Positions 12,216 to 24,309 of a stretch of DNA of 44,494 nucleotides are shown here, in pieces (positions within the stretch are counted from its first letter, which is position 1; every line of letters starts with the position of its first letter). The DNA is taken from positions 18,629 through 63,122 of the forward strand of contig CAJFCJ010000093.1 in assembly GCA_904063045.1 (NCBI GenBank), in the 5' to 3' direction. The notes under the pieces are model-generated. The model was not told the origin of the DNA and did no database searches. It was given only the letters and a program-made list of their open reading frames with translations. Made by a program: the position numbers and the translations under genes. The stretch comes from Dimorphilus gyrociliatus. Lineage: Eukaryota; Animalia; Annelida.

Positions 12216-13020
12216 TGATGAATGTATGTGTACAGTCTTGAAAGTCAAAACTTGAAAAGGAGAGAGAAAGATTGAAAGTTTTGGGAAAAGATGACGAAAA
12301 GGCAAATAAAAATTACTGTGTAACAAAAAAAAATTCTAGTTATGAAAGAGAAAGAGTTAATGTGTATAAAGGATAAATATCAATTGCAGTTCACTTAATT
12401 GAAACGGACAAACTCAAGAAGCACTAAAGACTATTCATTGTACTCTATCACTAGTAGATCAAGTAATGTAATCTCCTTCAAGAAATGTGATTTGAATATA
12501 GAAGATTGAGGAAGGATTGGAAATTTATTGAGAAACTACTCAAATATAAGCTGTGATTGATGAGTTTGTCTAAGGTTAAATATAAACTAGACCACCAACT
12601 ATAAAGTGATGATTGGATATTGGAGACAAACCTACAAGTATAAATCCACACTGTTTCATTCCATCTATCTTACCTTAAACTGGAAAGATCAACTGGAAAC
12701 AACCCTACCAGGACAAGCCTTCTGCTCCTTCAGCATTGGATACTAGTTTGGTGACTTGGAAATCTGCTATTACAAACTATCTACTCTGCTATTCAACTTT
12801 TCTATTGTGACGATCTTAAGTATTATATTTGAAATAAACCTTTTAAATTAAACATTTTGTTTAAAAGTCCGAGTAGAACCAGTACTGTTGTAATTTGCAA
12901 ACACATAAATTGGCCATCAAGAACAGTATAAAATGTATATCATTAGTTTGATAGGTAATACAGGAATGGGATATGGTTTAGAGATATTGTTTCAAGGACT
13001 TGCACAATCATTAAATATTA

Positions 13021-13640
13021 GGATCACCCTGAAAGTTTTAACCATTTGTGTCTTACAGCTAAAAAAAAAACTTACATAATATGTATAGTCATAAATATTA
13101 ACTAATGTCTTCGGTATGTCTATATAACTTCGAATTCCCCATTATTGTCAATGCATGTTTGCCACCTGGCGGGAAGCAAATCAATTCCTTGGGCGAAGTA
13201 TAAGGGCGATTTGGACCTGAAAAATGCCCTTACTGCATTTTTTAATTCCTCATCATTCTCATATATTTCACCACAAAGATGGTCCTTTAACTTCCAGAAC
13301 AAATAATAGTCTGATGGCGCCAGGTCTGGGCTGTAGGCTGGATGAGGCAAGACTACCCATCCAGTTGTTCTAAGATATTGAGTAGTTTGTAAGCTTGTAT
13401 GAGATCTGGCATTATCTTGTAATAAAATCACCTCTTTACCTGGCCTAATTCAATTGATTCTTTGCTTTAATCTCTTTAAAATGCTGATGTAAATCTCTGA
13501 ATTTATTCTGACTTGTGAATTTAAAAATTCTAGGTGAATAAGCCCTTCCCTGTCCCAAAACACACATGCCATCAATTTATCTGCAGACTTACCTGTCTTA
13601 ACCTTTTTTGGTGGTGAAGACATTAAGACAGATAATTTGT
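13021..13640 (-). mobile_element. Mariner (DD34D) element, 3' half with TIR
   Basis: SPPKKVKTGKSADKLMACVFWD and QDNARSH...HPAYSPDLAPSDYYLF (34 aa between D and D). TA-preceded terminus ggatcaccctgaaagtttt at 13021 is shared with 32245. Confidence 0.88.
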
Positions 13641-14229
13641 GGAATGTTGGTAAATACTTAAAGCAACTTTCCATGACAAGAAAAAAAAGACATCTGAATG
13701 AAAGAGGTAAATATTTTCTTTTATTTCTTTTAAGCGAATTTTTCAGAAAATTCATCATTCTGTTTTTTATTGTTGCGCTTTAATTATTAATTAACTACAT
13801 AGAGATTGACAAAAAAATGAATAGCTAAAACTTAAGTGGTAAATACCTATAATCACTTATAGAATAGTAAAATAATAGTCATTCATTCAACTTGCACAAC
13901 ATTGCTCAAAACTAGGTCAACACTGTTTATATACACGTCATATCCTAAACAAAACTACTTAAATCTAAAAACTTGGATAGCTCATGTGTCTCTTCCCTAA
14001 AATTGTTTACAAAACATGAATTTATATAAACTCAACATTAAGAAAAAGTTATGCCTTACTTACTACAAGAGGAATATAGAAGAAAAACTTAAAACTCAAG
14101 CAACCTATAAAGGATTGACAACAAAACTAGTATCACTTGGAAAATTAAATAATAAGGAGAAAAACATATTACAAAATCAGTGTCATGGAGAAAAAAGAGA
14201 TCTTTAGAAAATTCATCAATTTTACAGAG

Positions 14230-14690
14230 AACACTGATACAATTGATACAGAATTATAGGAAACAGAATTTAAATGTGAAAATTTCTATGAAATATTTTA
14301 CAAAGGATTTAAAAAGATTATAATACAAGGAGAACTTGAAATGGGAAAAAGTGTAAATGTTAAATCTTCTTACAAATGGGCAAATAACCTATGAAAAGTT
14401 GATTCTCAGAAATTATGCATTTACGTCACTTCGAACAAGTTAAAAAAGATACAAGCATCTATCAAGAGATCATTGACTAAAATTTTGAAAATATTCCTCC
14501 AAAGACTAAAAATATAGCAGAAACAATTTTTGTTGAAAAGAGAAATGATGTGAAAAGCTTATGATTAAAATAGAGACACATATCTACTAATTTTGAAGAC
14601 CTTTTTAATATGGTGACTTCAATATACTGACATGTCATTGATCTACACTCTGTAAACAGTATTAGATATGATTACATGTGTTTTCAACAA
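14230..14690 (+). pseudogene. NACHT/STAND NTPase (NLR-like) N-terminal relic
   Basis: FYEIFYKGFKKIIIQGELEMGKSVNVKSSYKWANNL (Walker A at 14314-14352, followed by the typical ..WA), with multiple stops; Walker B not found. Confidence 0.6.
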
Positions 14691-14761
14691 ATCATTATTT
14701 CTTATAATATTCATGAATTTTTATTTATAATTCTCTGTTTGTTAAATTTTTTTTCAAATAT

Positions 14762-16934
14762 TTAAATTATTTCACATAATGAAATCATATTTATATCTTT
14801 TGAATTGATAAAAATATATATTGGAAAATAATCTTCCAATTGGATGGCGTGATTCATAATTGGACATTGAAATGTATAAATTTGAAATAAATTATTATTA
14901 ATGATACTTTTTAATGGGCACATCTGAAAAAACTCAGATTTTCCACCATTTTGTTTAATAGGATGAAGAAAATTAATTGTTGCATTTCCAACAGTTTTCT
15001 TATTTTTTTTAATGATAATTTTTAAAAAAAAATTTTCATTTACAATTCCATTATTTAAAAAGCTTAGATTAATAACAGTTGTTGTTTTTTTAAATTTATT
15101 ACAAGTGTTTAAAAATTTATCAATGACACTGTAGTTTTTTTGGCAATTTTCCAAATTTGATGTAGTTATCTTCTTTCCATCTAAAGTAAGAAAAATCAGA
15201 AAAAAGTTTAAAAATTATATTTCTCAAACCTAAATCCAAAATTTGAAAATGATTGACAACATCATTTCCATTATTTTTTAGCATGATTTGAGTGAAATTA
15301 TTTAGTATATTATCGGCTTTTACAATAGCCAAAGTATTTCTTCCATAGACATTTCCAGAACCAAAATATATTTTGCCATTCAAAATTTCCAACCAAAATT
15401 CATTCCATTTTTCACATGCAATCAATGATTTTGGCAATTTGAACTTGTTTATAGACAAGCTTTCACTCCGAAATGCAATTACTAGATTTTCCACATTATT
15501 GCCCATATCAATCTGCATTGAGAATTGTATTGATGACTCATTTTTAAAACTGATGATAAGTGATGAACAATTATTCAAGTTTTGGTGTTTTTGACCTTTA
15601 ACTTTAAATGTTATTGCTCTAAAATTATTTTGATATTTTCTTGGAATGTAATAGATGACATAATCTTCTGCTTGAATTGAATACATTTGGCTAAAATTTT
15701 CTAGAAAAAAAATAAATGAAAAACAAAAAAACTTATTGAATATTTTTTTTACTTTTAGCAAAAACTTGAATAGTAGCAAGTCCAAGATTATTTCCAATAT
15801 GATAATCTTTTATAGTTAATGTAAATCCACTTTCAATAGTCGGATAATTAGCATAATTGAAATAATGTCGAAATCCATTATTAGGTAAAGTTATATTTTC
15901 AGTATATTGTGAAGACCATTGTATTTCCAGTATTTTTAAATAATTATCTTTTCTGTAGAATTTAAGAAAAAGAGAAACAGAGTTAAAAGAAATAACATGT
16001 AATATAGGCTGCAATTTTTTTGTAAAATTTTTATTACACATTTGCCAAACAAATTTTTTCTGGTTCTGTTGTTCTTGTGAATGTAACACTTATATATTGG
16101 CCAACACAGTTAATGATAGATGGACAATCAGCTTTCCAATATGTATTAAATGTCCAATCTAATGCATTTTTACATTCGTTCAGTGGAATTGATGATGAAC
16201 TAGAACAAGTTGCTCCCATTTCCTGTTGAGCAATATTTTCATAATCTTCATATTCCAATGAGTCCTGATCTATTTTTTTGTACAATTTAGTTTATACATT
16301 TTTCAATAAAGAAAAATATAGAAAATAACAAACCATTGTTGTAAGCAAGAGCAGAAATATAACCAATTCCTATATTCGGTATTACACTCCTAGACTCTGC
16401 AAGACTAAGACGGATACTGGATGATTTTGAACCAAAATCTTCATCCAATAAAAGGCAAGTTTGTATATCATTTAATAAATATGTTTTATTTTGATTGTCC
16501 ATTCGAATAGTAAGTTTATTTATTCTGTTGGTTGCCTTAATAATTCTCTGATATACGCAAATCTCTACAATATCATATTGTTTTTGGAAAGTAATATTAA
16601 TCCATTGTAAATGACATGGGTCAGGATCACATTTAGCAACCCAATCATTTATATTCACCCAGAAAGGATCCATTATATTTTCGCGATGGAAATTAAGTAA
16701 TACATTGCTTGCATGATCATTTGAAGATGTACAAGTTGCATTATTCATTTTGCCAGCAACGTTAATTAGCTTTCCATCTATTCAAAAGGAAATAGCAAAA
16801 TTTCAACAATACAAATAAAATAAAATAAACACAGAAAACAAACTTGCAAACTTTTCTCCAGATGTAAATATTCTATTTGAAAAGAAAATTTCCAAAATGA
16901 CAATAGAAAATATCATTGTTAGTTTAAACATCAT
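14762..16934 (-). CDS. Secreted multidomain protein, ~618 aa, 6 exons: signal peptide, two discoidin/F5-8C-like domains, FAMeT (Methyltransf_FA)-like domain, unknown C-terminal domain
   Basis: Exons 16934-16844, 16777-16334, 16269-16038, 15952-15753, 15700-15230 and 15180-14762 total 1857 nt in frame, joining five ORFs of the track; introns 66, 64, 85, 52 and 49 bp. Motifs: LINVAGKMNNATCTSS...LQWINITF, ATCSSSS...NALDWTFNTYW...YISVTF and CEKWNEFWLEILNGKIYFGSG. Confidence 0.75.
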
Positions 16935-17304
16935 GTTGACAAATTGTCTGCCAGAGAAGGGATAGTGCATGGAATATATAAACAAGTAAAGAAGAAAAAT
17001 CATTGAGAATTAATCTTGTAAATTGATATATTGTTGCTCTTTTTTGATATTTTTTTTAATACTCAAAAGATTAATCAGAAAGCCAGTTGTTTTCCATTAG
17101 AACACAATGTATTTTATGAAAAGAAAAGAAAGAGTTCAATGATTCATTTCTCATTTTTACAAATGTAAAAATCTACTTGGCTAATAAATTTTGTATTTAT
17201 CCTGTATCAATCATTTACCAATTTGCCAAAGTGCTGGTTCAAATAGATCCTCAAGTTTCTCCACAAAATACTAATCTTTAGCATGAATTCACTTATACCA
17301 ATGT

Positions 17305-17500
17305 AAGCCCTGGTTCAAAAGTTATTGGGACTTTAGTTGTGTCATGGTATGGATGACAGTATAAAGCAGAGAGTAATTATTCAATTTCTTGTATCACAAC
17401 AAGTTATTGCAATCAATATTCATAAGCAATTGAAAGCTGTTTTTGCTAGTACAACAATTAGTGAAGATTCAGTAAGAAAGTGGGTTAGATAATTTTATTA
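17305..17500 (+). mobile_element. Mariner 5' relic (HTH N-terminus)
   Basis: MDDSIKQRVIIQFLVSQQVIAINIHKQLKAVF...SEDSVRKWVR*; homologous to ~27005-27090. Confidence 0.7.
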
Positions 17501-17724
17501 GAAATACAAGCCATTCAGTTGTTGAAGGTTTGATTGAAAGTCTTGGATTGAAAAAGATGGATTCCCTACCAACTTTGAATTAAGTAACAAAAAATATATT
17601 ACTTTTCCCTTCAATAAACTTTCAATTGATTCTGTCTAGCCATTACAAATTTATTTTGGTGTAAGCAAACACAAGTCATGTCCACATGTTCCATTCATTG
17701 AAATATCATTACATTTTTGGTGCA

Positions 17725-17904
17725 TGAGAAGATCTCTCCAAAGAAAATTTATATATGGTTAAAGAGCTATTTTGGGGATGAAATTATTGAGTGAATGTTC
17801 TATAAGAAGGTGGGTATCTGACTTAAAAAAGGAAAGAAAAATTTATCTGTCTGTAGTATTCTCTTTACAAATTCAACAAAGACAGAAAATGATAAATTTT
17901 TTAT
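17725..17904 (+). mobile_element. Second mariner-like HTH relic
   Basis: KISPKKIYIWLKSYFGDE...SECSIRRWVSDLKKG, with a frameshift. Confidence 0.5.
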
Positions 17905-17924
17905 TTGTTCAGTTTTGGAATATA

Positions 17925-19574
17925 CAGTACGGGTAACCTATTTTTGAACGCCCAGCTATTTTCTATAATAGTTAAAATATTTTTTCTATAACATTAATTT
18001 TACAATCGAATAATTAGACATGGCAATTATCTCTTTGTACACAACAGATTCAACTAGTTAAATTTTTAAATTTCACTGTTTAAATAACAAAAAAAATTTT
18101 ATTCTGAAAATGTCACAAAAAGTGGCCGATATCCTATTTTTGAACTTTATGAATTCTGATAAAAATGTTGTTAGAAAAGGTAAGAAATATGTTTATTTTT
18201 ACATTTTATTAACGTATAGATTATATTACTTCAAATAATCACTTTTTCTTTTTCTTTAATATCTTATATTATATCCTTTATTTTTCCGACATAATCTGGC
18301 TCTTTTATGGAAGCTTTTGTATAAATTTGCAATATACCAATTTGGTATGTTATTAAATTCCTCTTCTACTGCCCTCCACAAATCATCTTTTGTCTGCAAA
18401 ACATGGGTTTGCAACCTATTTTTTAAGTAAGCCCACAAATTTTCAATAATGTTCAATTCTGGGCTTCTGGATGGCCAGTCTTGTAAAACTGTTATATTGT
18501 TTCTCTCAAGAAATGTCCTTGTAGATGCCGATTTATGACATTTGGCACCATCCTGCATAAGCACATTGTCTGGCTCAAACATTGGAAATAGCTTCTCCTC
18601 AAGTATTTCTTGGTATAAATTGCTGTCCATATACCCATTATATAACTTTATAGCTCTTGTCCCATCAGCTTTTATACACCCCCATATTGATATTGATGAA
18701 TTTGCTGTTCGAACAGCTTTTTTGGTGTATTTTGGATCATACCGTTTATGACTCCCCCTATGGACCCAAATTCTCCTTTTTGGATACAATTCAATCCGAC
18801 TTTCATCGGAAAGTATAATTTTGTTTACATCTTCTTGACTCTTATTTAACATAGACAAACAAAAAGATTTTCTATTTCTTGCATGGCAAGGTTTTAGCGC
18901 TGGCTTACTTGTTGCAACATAGCCTTTAAGGTCGTTTTTTTTTGCAAAATCTTTTTGCATGTCGATAGAGAAATTTTGGAACCTAATCCTGAATGTTCAA
19001 GCACATTCCTTGCCATTAGAAATGGATTTCTCTTTGAAATTTGGCAAATTTTTCTCTCTTCCCTTTCTGTTAAAATCTTTGGGGTACATAGTTTCGATAG
19101 ATTGTTAATAGTTCCATGTTTCTCAAATTTTTTTGTTATGTAGTGGACAGATCCCTTTGAAATTTTTAATTGTTTTGCAATTTCGTTCATTGACATCTTC
19201 TCCTTCCTCTTTTCCAACACTAATTTTCTCATGTCCAAGCTTATTTTTGGCATTTTTAACTTTTTTAAAATTGTTATTCTACTTTCATTCTTGACATAAA
19301 TTGTCATGTGGGAAAGCAAAAAATTTTGGTCATTTTCGTAAATTTTTAATTATTGTTCAAAAATAGGATATCGGGTACTTTTCACGATTTTTTCATAATA
19401 AAAATTTTTTGTTATTTAAACAGTAAAATACAAAGATTTAATTAATTGAATATGTTGATTACAAAGTCACAATTGCCATGTCTAATTGTTGGATTGTAAA
19501 ATTAATGTTAAAGAAAAAATATTTTAACTAATATAGAAAAAAGCTGGGCGTTCAAAAATAGGTTACCCGTACTG
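17925..19574 (-). mobile_element. Full-length Tc1-family transposon (1650 bp) with ~220-bp IR/DR-type TIRs and TA TSD
   Basis: TA|CAGTACGGGTAACC at 17923-17938 and GGTTACCCGTACTG|TA at 19561-19576. TIRs span 17925-18145 and 19355-19574, each with two copies of cctatttttgaac (outer 17937-17949, inner 18133-18145). Confidence 0.93.
18256..19253 (-). pseudogene. Tc1 transposase (DD35E spacing) with a single frameshift in an A9 run
   Basis: HTH ORF MPKISLDMRK... plus catalytic ORF with LSDESR, MQDGAKCH and SPELNIIENLW (35 aa between D and E). The two frames join if the A9 run at ~18935-18943 were A10. Confidence 0.85.
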
Positions 19575-19955
19575 TATTTGAAGAAAGATAATTGAGTTTA
19601 GATGAACTATTGGATAAACTTGTTTATTTAAATATGTTTTCAAATTTCCTATTTTTTGCTCTGCAAAATTTGAGTTGAAAAAACATTACTAAATTTAGGC
19701 CTACTATATCTTTGTAATAACTTTATATTATATTTTTGTGATGTAACTAATGGAAATGACAGTAAAAAATTTTTATTGAAGATATTTATAATGCGCATTT
19801 ATTATTCAGAGTTTCCATGTTTGATATTTTTATTATATAGATAAAAAATAACTAAATGCTGATATTGTTTTTCAAAGCTCTATTTGAACAATAGATATAC
19901 AGTATTATATAGTCAAAAGAATACTATTTTGGAAAAAATACAAATATATTCTGTT

Positions 19956-20306
19956 ATGAATGATAGAGGACCACCACCTTCATATAGTGAAGCATGCAAT
20001 TCTATGAATTGTGCTCCCCCTCCTACTGCTTATACTGTTCCTATGCCTGCTGCTAATCAGGATGCTGCTCCAGCTGAAGTTGTACATCTTCCTCATTCTA
20101 ATCAACAGAATAAAGAGACATGCAAACTAAAAAAGATACATAGAAAAATATTAAGTGGTATTCTTGGAGGACTTATTATAGCTTCAATTGTAATTATATT
20201 CTTAGTCAAATATGTATTTACAAGTAAGATATCATTTCTCTTTTTTCTAATATAATAAACAATACAATATTTGTATATTCAAATCTTTTTTGTTCTAGGT
20301 AAATAG
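19956..20306 (+). CDS. Small single-pass membrane protein with N-terminal PPxY motif (~91 aa), copy 1
   Basis: MNDRGPPPSYSEAC...KILSGILGGLIIASIVIIFLVKYVFT|SK*; intron 20224-20298 (GTAAGA...CTAG). Confidence 0.65.
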
Positions 20307-22993
20307 AAGTTTATTTGGAAAAGAAGATAACTAGAGAAAAACAAAAGCAAAAAATATTACAGCTAGAGATAGATTATACTCATTTATATAAATAATTTGA
20401 TTTTTTTTTGTATTTGTACTTTGAAAAATCAAATAAAAATTGTATTTTTAGATTCTAAGAGAATATTTTGTATAAATTATTTACAAATAGTGATATACTA
20501 ATATTTAAAAGCTTAAATAATGGCATATTTTTAGAGAGATATTTATTACATAGATAGACCCATTATACAGTTATCACATTAGAAAATGGCCAGTAAAAAT
20601 CAACCATATCTCTCTCTATCAGTGCCAACCAGTACACAACAGTAAAAATTTAAATATTTGACAATGATAACTGGAGTTACAATGCAATTGGCGAAAAAAC
20701 AAGATTGGAATTGATGTACTCAGTATTGGCAAAACTCTGGACTTTCATTAATACACTGGTGTTATTTAGAACTGAATCCATTCTTAATGTTAGTATTTTG
20801 TGCACATAAGAGGACCAAACGGTACAAAGATAAATGCAAGCTAAACCTACAACCTGACAAACCTAGTCCTATACCTGGACCAAAGGTCCATATATAACTT
20901 CAAGTTGTGTCAATCACCTTTTTGTCATAGAATTTACCTTCAAAATACACACTGGACAAAGCAAAGTTGATTAGAAAACCATTGCATTGTGTAGAGATTA
21001 CTTTGCGTCCTATTGTATAAAATACAATCCTGGACAAAAATATCCATATAGGGAAAAAAGAAAATGTATATAGTTAAGAGAATTATGTGGCGCAAAGGTT
21101 ATTAATTGACTTGAATATCCCTTGGTCTTTACTGAAATAGATTTATGAGAATAAATAAAAAGTTATCCAACATTCTGAGAAACAATATTTCTTTGTAAAA
21201 GTAATTTCAACAGATTTGGGGAAATTTTGAAACTGTACAGATGATTTTGCAGCAATTTACAATGGCTCTGACACGTCTACAGCATTTGTGAAAAATTGAT
21301 GTGGTAATACTGGAAATTTGGATCAACTAGTATTTTCTTTTACTTTTATACTTATTTTAACAAATTTGGTTTGATTAGCAAAACAATAGAAAATTTTTTA
21401 TACAAACATCTACAACGCCACCTGTTGGACTCTCTGAAAACTAAAACTACTGAAAAAGGATTAGAACATGCAATGACACATATTTCTAATTGATATTACA
21501 CTTATATTACTTGATAATTTCGTTTCAATTTTATTTTGTAATCCTTTGTTTCTCTGACACCGTTCTGTTGCATTCATTCCCTTTTATACCCTGCTTGAGT
21601 GTTCATTGTGTCATGTAGTAAAAGTAGAAATTTTACACTCCAGTGGGAATAAACAGAAAACAGACCCAAGTAGGACATTTAAAGGCAGCAGTTTGGGTTG
21701 AGAAATACTTGGGAGGAAAAAAGCATTTAATGATTTGTTGTTATTTCTAATAACCAGATATATAACTTAATCAGTCAACTTCCCATTTGATTTTAGATAA
21801 TTAAATCCTTCACCTTTCTCCCTTGTCTAGCATTTGATCAAATAGAAAGAGAAAGTAAAAATTAACAGTAGAAAATCCAACCAGTTGTGTTGTTAATAAT
21901 GTTTAATTAATTTAAGTTTAATATCGAAGTAGATAGTTCATAATAGCAGGTTGCCAAATTAGCAAACAAATAGAATCCAACAATAGAGTGTAGAAGGCTA
22001 ATCTCATCTGAGATTGTTTTCCAGGTGGTCTTCCCACAATAATTAGATTGAGAAAGATCAGTGAGTGTTTGAATACTTTAAGGTTTGCCTCTAATATCCA
22101 ATCATCACTTTACAATTGACAAATTGTCACATTTATCTTTAGGAATTATTTGGGTTCAACAATCATGGTGCAATGTAAACCACATTAACATTACATTGGT
22201 CTTATTCTCCTTTGCGCAGCAAACAAAAAAAAACAACATTGCTATTGTTAAGCATTCATATTAAATAGTATTGAGTTTTGACCAGCATTCTTTCCGTTGA
22301 TTTTGGTTTTTCGATGAGAACAAAACTTTTCTCCCAACTGTAGTCGTCAGTACTTGTTAGTAAAAATTACACCAGATTGTCACTGATTATTTGAAGACAC
22401 GGTATTGTTTTCTTTCTTTCTTTTCAGCCGATTCCGAATTGTTACTCCTACATCTAATTCCTTTAGAATCTTTCGTCCTGTCATCGTTTCCGTGTTTCTT
22501 TTCAGTTTCTTTATACACCTTTTTTATCCTGCCTATATCTACCTATCATAATTGACATTGTCCATATTTTTTAATTGGTGACCTTATAAAAAAAATGACA
22601 TTGATGAAAACTAGGTCAGAATTTAGTCAATCAGACATATAGGGTTAGGGACTTTTGGATATTTCCCAGAAGCGTAGAAACCTTATGAAACATTCCTGCT
22701 TTATTGTTATACGTTCTGAACTTTCTATAATAAAAAAAAAATATCAAACAAGTGTACTTGAAAGAGGGAATTTCTATTTTGATATTCTATAAGATGATTC
22801 ATTTCCTCCAAATGTCATTTGAATAAATTAGAATATATTAGAAAGGGGGAAATTTTTCAGTAATGATTTAGATATACTGTATATATATATAAATTCTTTA
22901 ACTTTAAAAATTAGTGCTAATTTTATCTCTTCATTCCAATCCAGTTCAAAATCTTTATTTTTTTCAACTATAAAATCTTAATTTTGGATTAAT

Positions 22994-23560
22994 ATGAATA
23001 ATATCAATACTGATCAAATGGATTTATCACAAAAGTTTCCATCAAAAGGCAAATTGCAATGTGAACAGTCGAAAATTAATGAAGAAATTGTTTTCTCTGA
23101 TCAAAGTGAGAATAGAGTCGAATGGATTTCTCCTCCACCATATACTGCTTCTGTTCCCAACGTTAATGACGCAGTTGTTTTCTATCAACCACAAAGAGCA
23201 GTTGTAGTTCAACAACCTTATGTTCCCGATAATTTGGTAAGAAAAAACAAATATTTCCAAATTTTTATTTTGTAATGATATCTTTTTAAAAAAATCTTTC
23301 TCTTCTCTTTGTTGTTACAGATTTGGAGTATAATTTCTCTATTTTTCTGTTTGCTTACTGGATTAGTGGCATTAAGTCTAAGCATGGCAAGCAGAAGAGC
23401 AAAAGAAGAAGGAAATTATCAGGAAGCAAAAGCAAGAGCTTCTTCTGCAAAATCCCTTGCCATTGTTTCAATTATTATTGGAATATTGATTGGTGCTCTT
23501 AGCGGAATTATAATATATGTAACAAGGACATCAAATAAAAATACTAGAGAAACTTATTAA
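22994..23560 (+). CDS. CD225/dispanin (IFITM/PRRT-like) membrane protein, 160 aa, 2 exons, copy 1
   Basis: Exons 22994-23236 and 23321-23560 (phase-0 intron, 84 bp): ...SPPPYTAS...VPDNL|IWSIISLFFCLLTGLVALSLSMASRRAKEEGNYQEAKARASSAKSLAIVSIIIG..., the canonical CD225 pattern. Confidence 0.88.
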
Positions 23561-24309
23561 AAAAACATGTTTTTACAGTTTTTTATTATAATTTTTTAAG
23601 GATTTTCAGACTCATTTTTGAGCTAAACATAATCTAGTTTTCTTACTAGACTGCCAAGATTATGTTTGTGTATGTAAATATTTGAATGTCATGTTTTTAA
23701 GTAATGTAGACAAAACATTCTCTTAGAATCCATTAGATCAAAAAGTTTTAATTGATTTTTAAAAATAAAAATACAAAAAAAAATCAAATTATTTATTTAA
23801 AAGAGTAAAATCTATAGGAAAAAAGAAAAATGATCTATTTTATGAAAATACATATTTGACTGAAAATCTCTAATGTTTTTGATAAAATGGAAAGAGAAAG
23901 TAAACATTGTCATTCACCTTAGTCTTCGTATTAGCTTTAACTTACTTTTTGGTATGAAAGAGAAAATTTTTTAACATTTTATTAATCCCTGAAAACAGAA
24001 ATAGAAAAACATTACAATTCTCAATGATTTCGAAAATGGAAAAGCTCAGAAAACAGAACAAAACAGAACCTTATAATTACCACAGTAGTTCAAACATTAG
24101 AAGCTGATTGGGATTGTTTGCTAAGAAGTATGTTAAAGGACAATTTCAAATATAAAAATTTGAAAGAATGTAGACTTGTTTCTTATGGATAAAAGTTGGT
24201 GGTAAACTATTTTTTTTGGATTTCAAATTTTTATAGGCCTCTTTAAATATTTAGGAATGTGGTTATGTGGTTTTATCATAATCTTAACTCAACCCTGAAC
24301 CATTGTTTC

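Noticed and set aside
20780-21370. Long stop-interrupted frames suggesting a decayed gene (mirrored at ~38640-39230)
   Set aside because: No family could be recognised.
22070-22110. ~40-bp match to 12600-12640 (gtgatgattggatatt.gag.caaacct)
   Set aside because: Real but short; the parent element could not be identified, so it is likely another old repeat.
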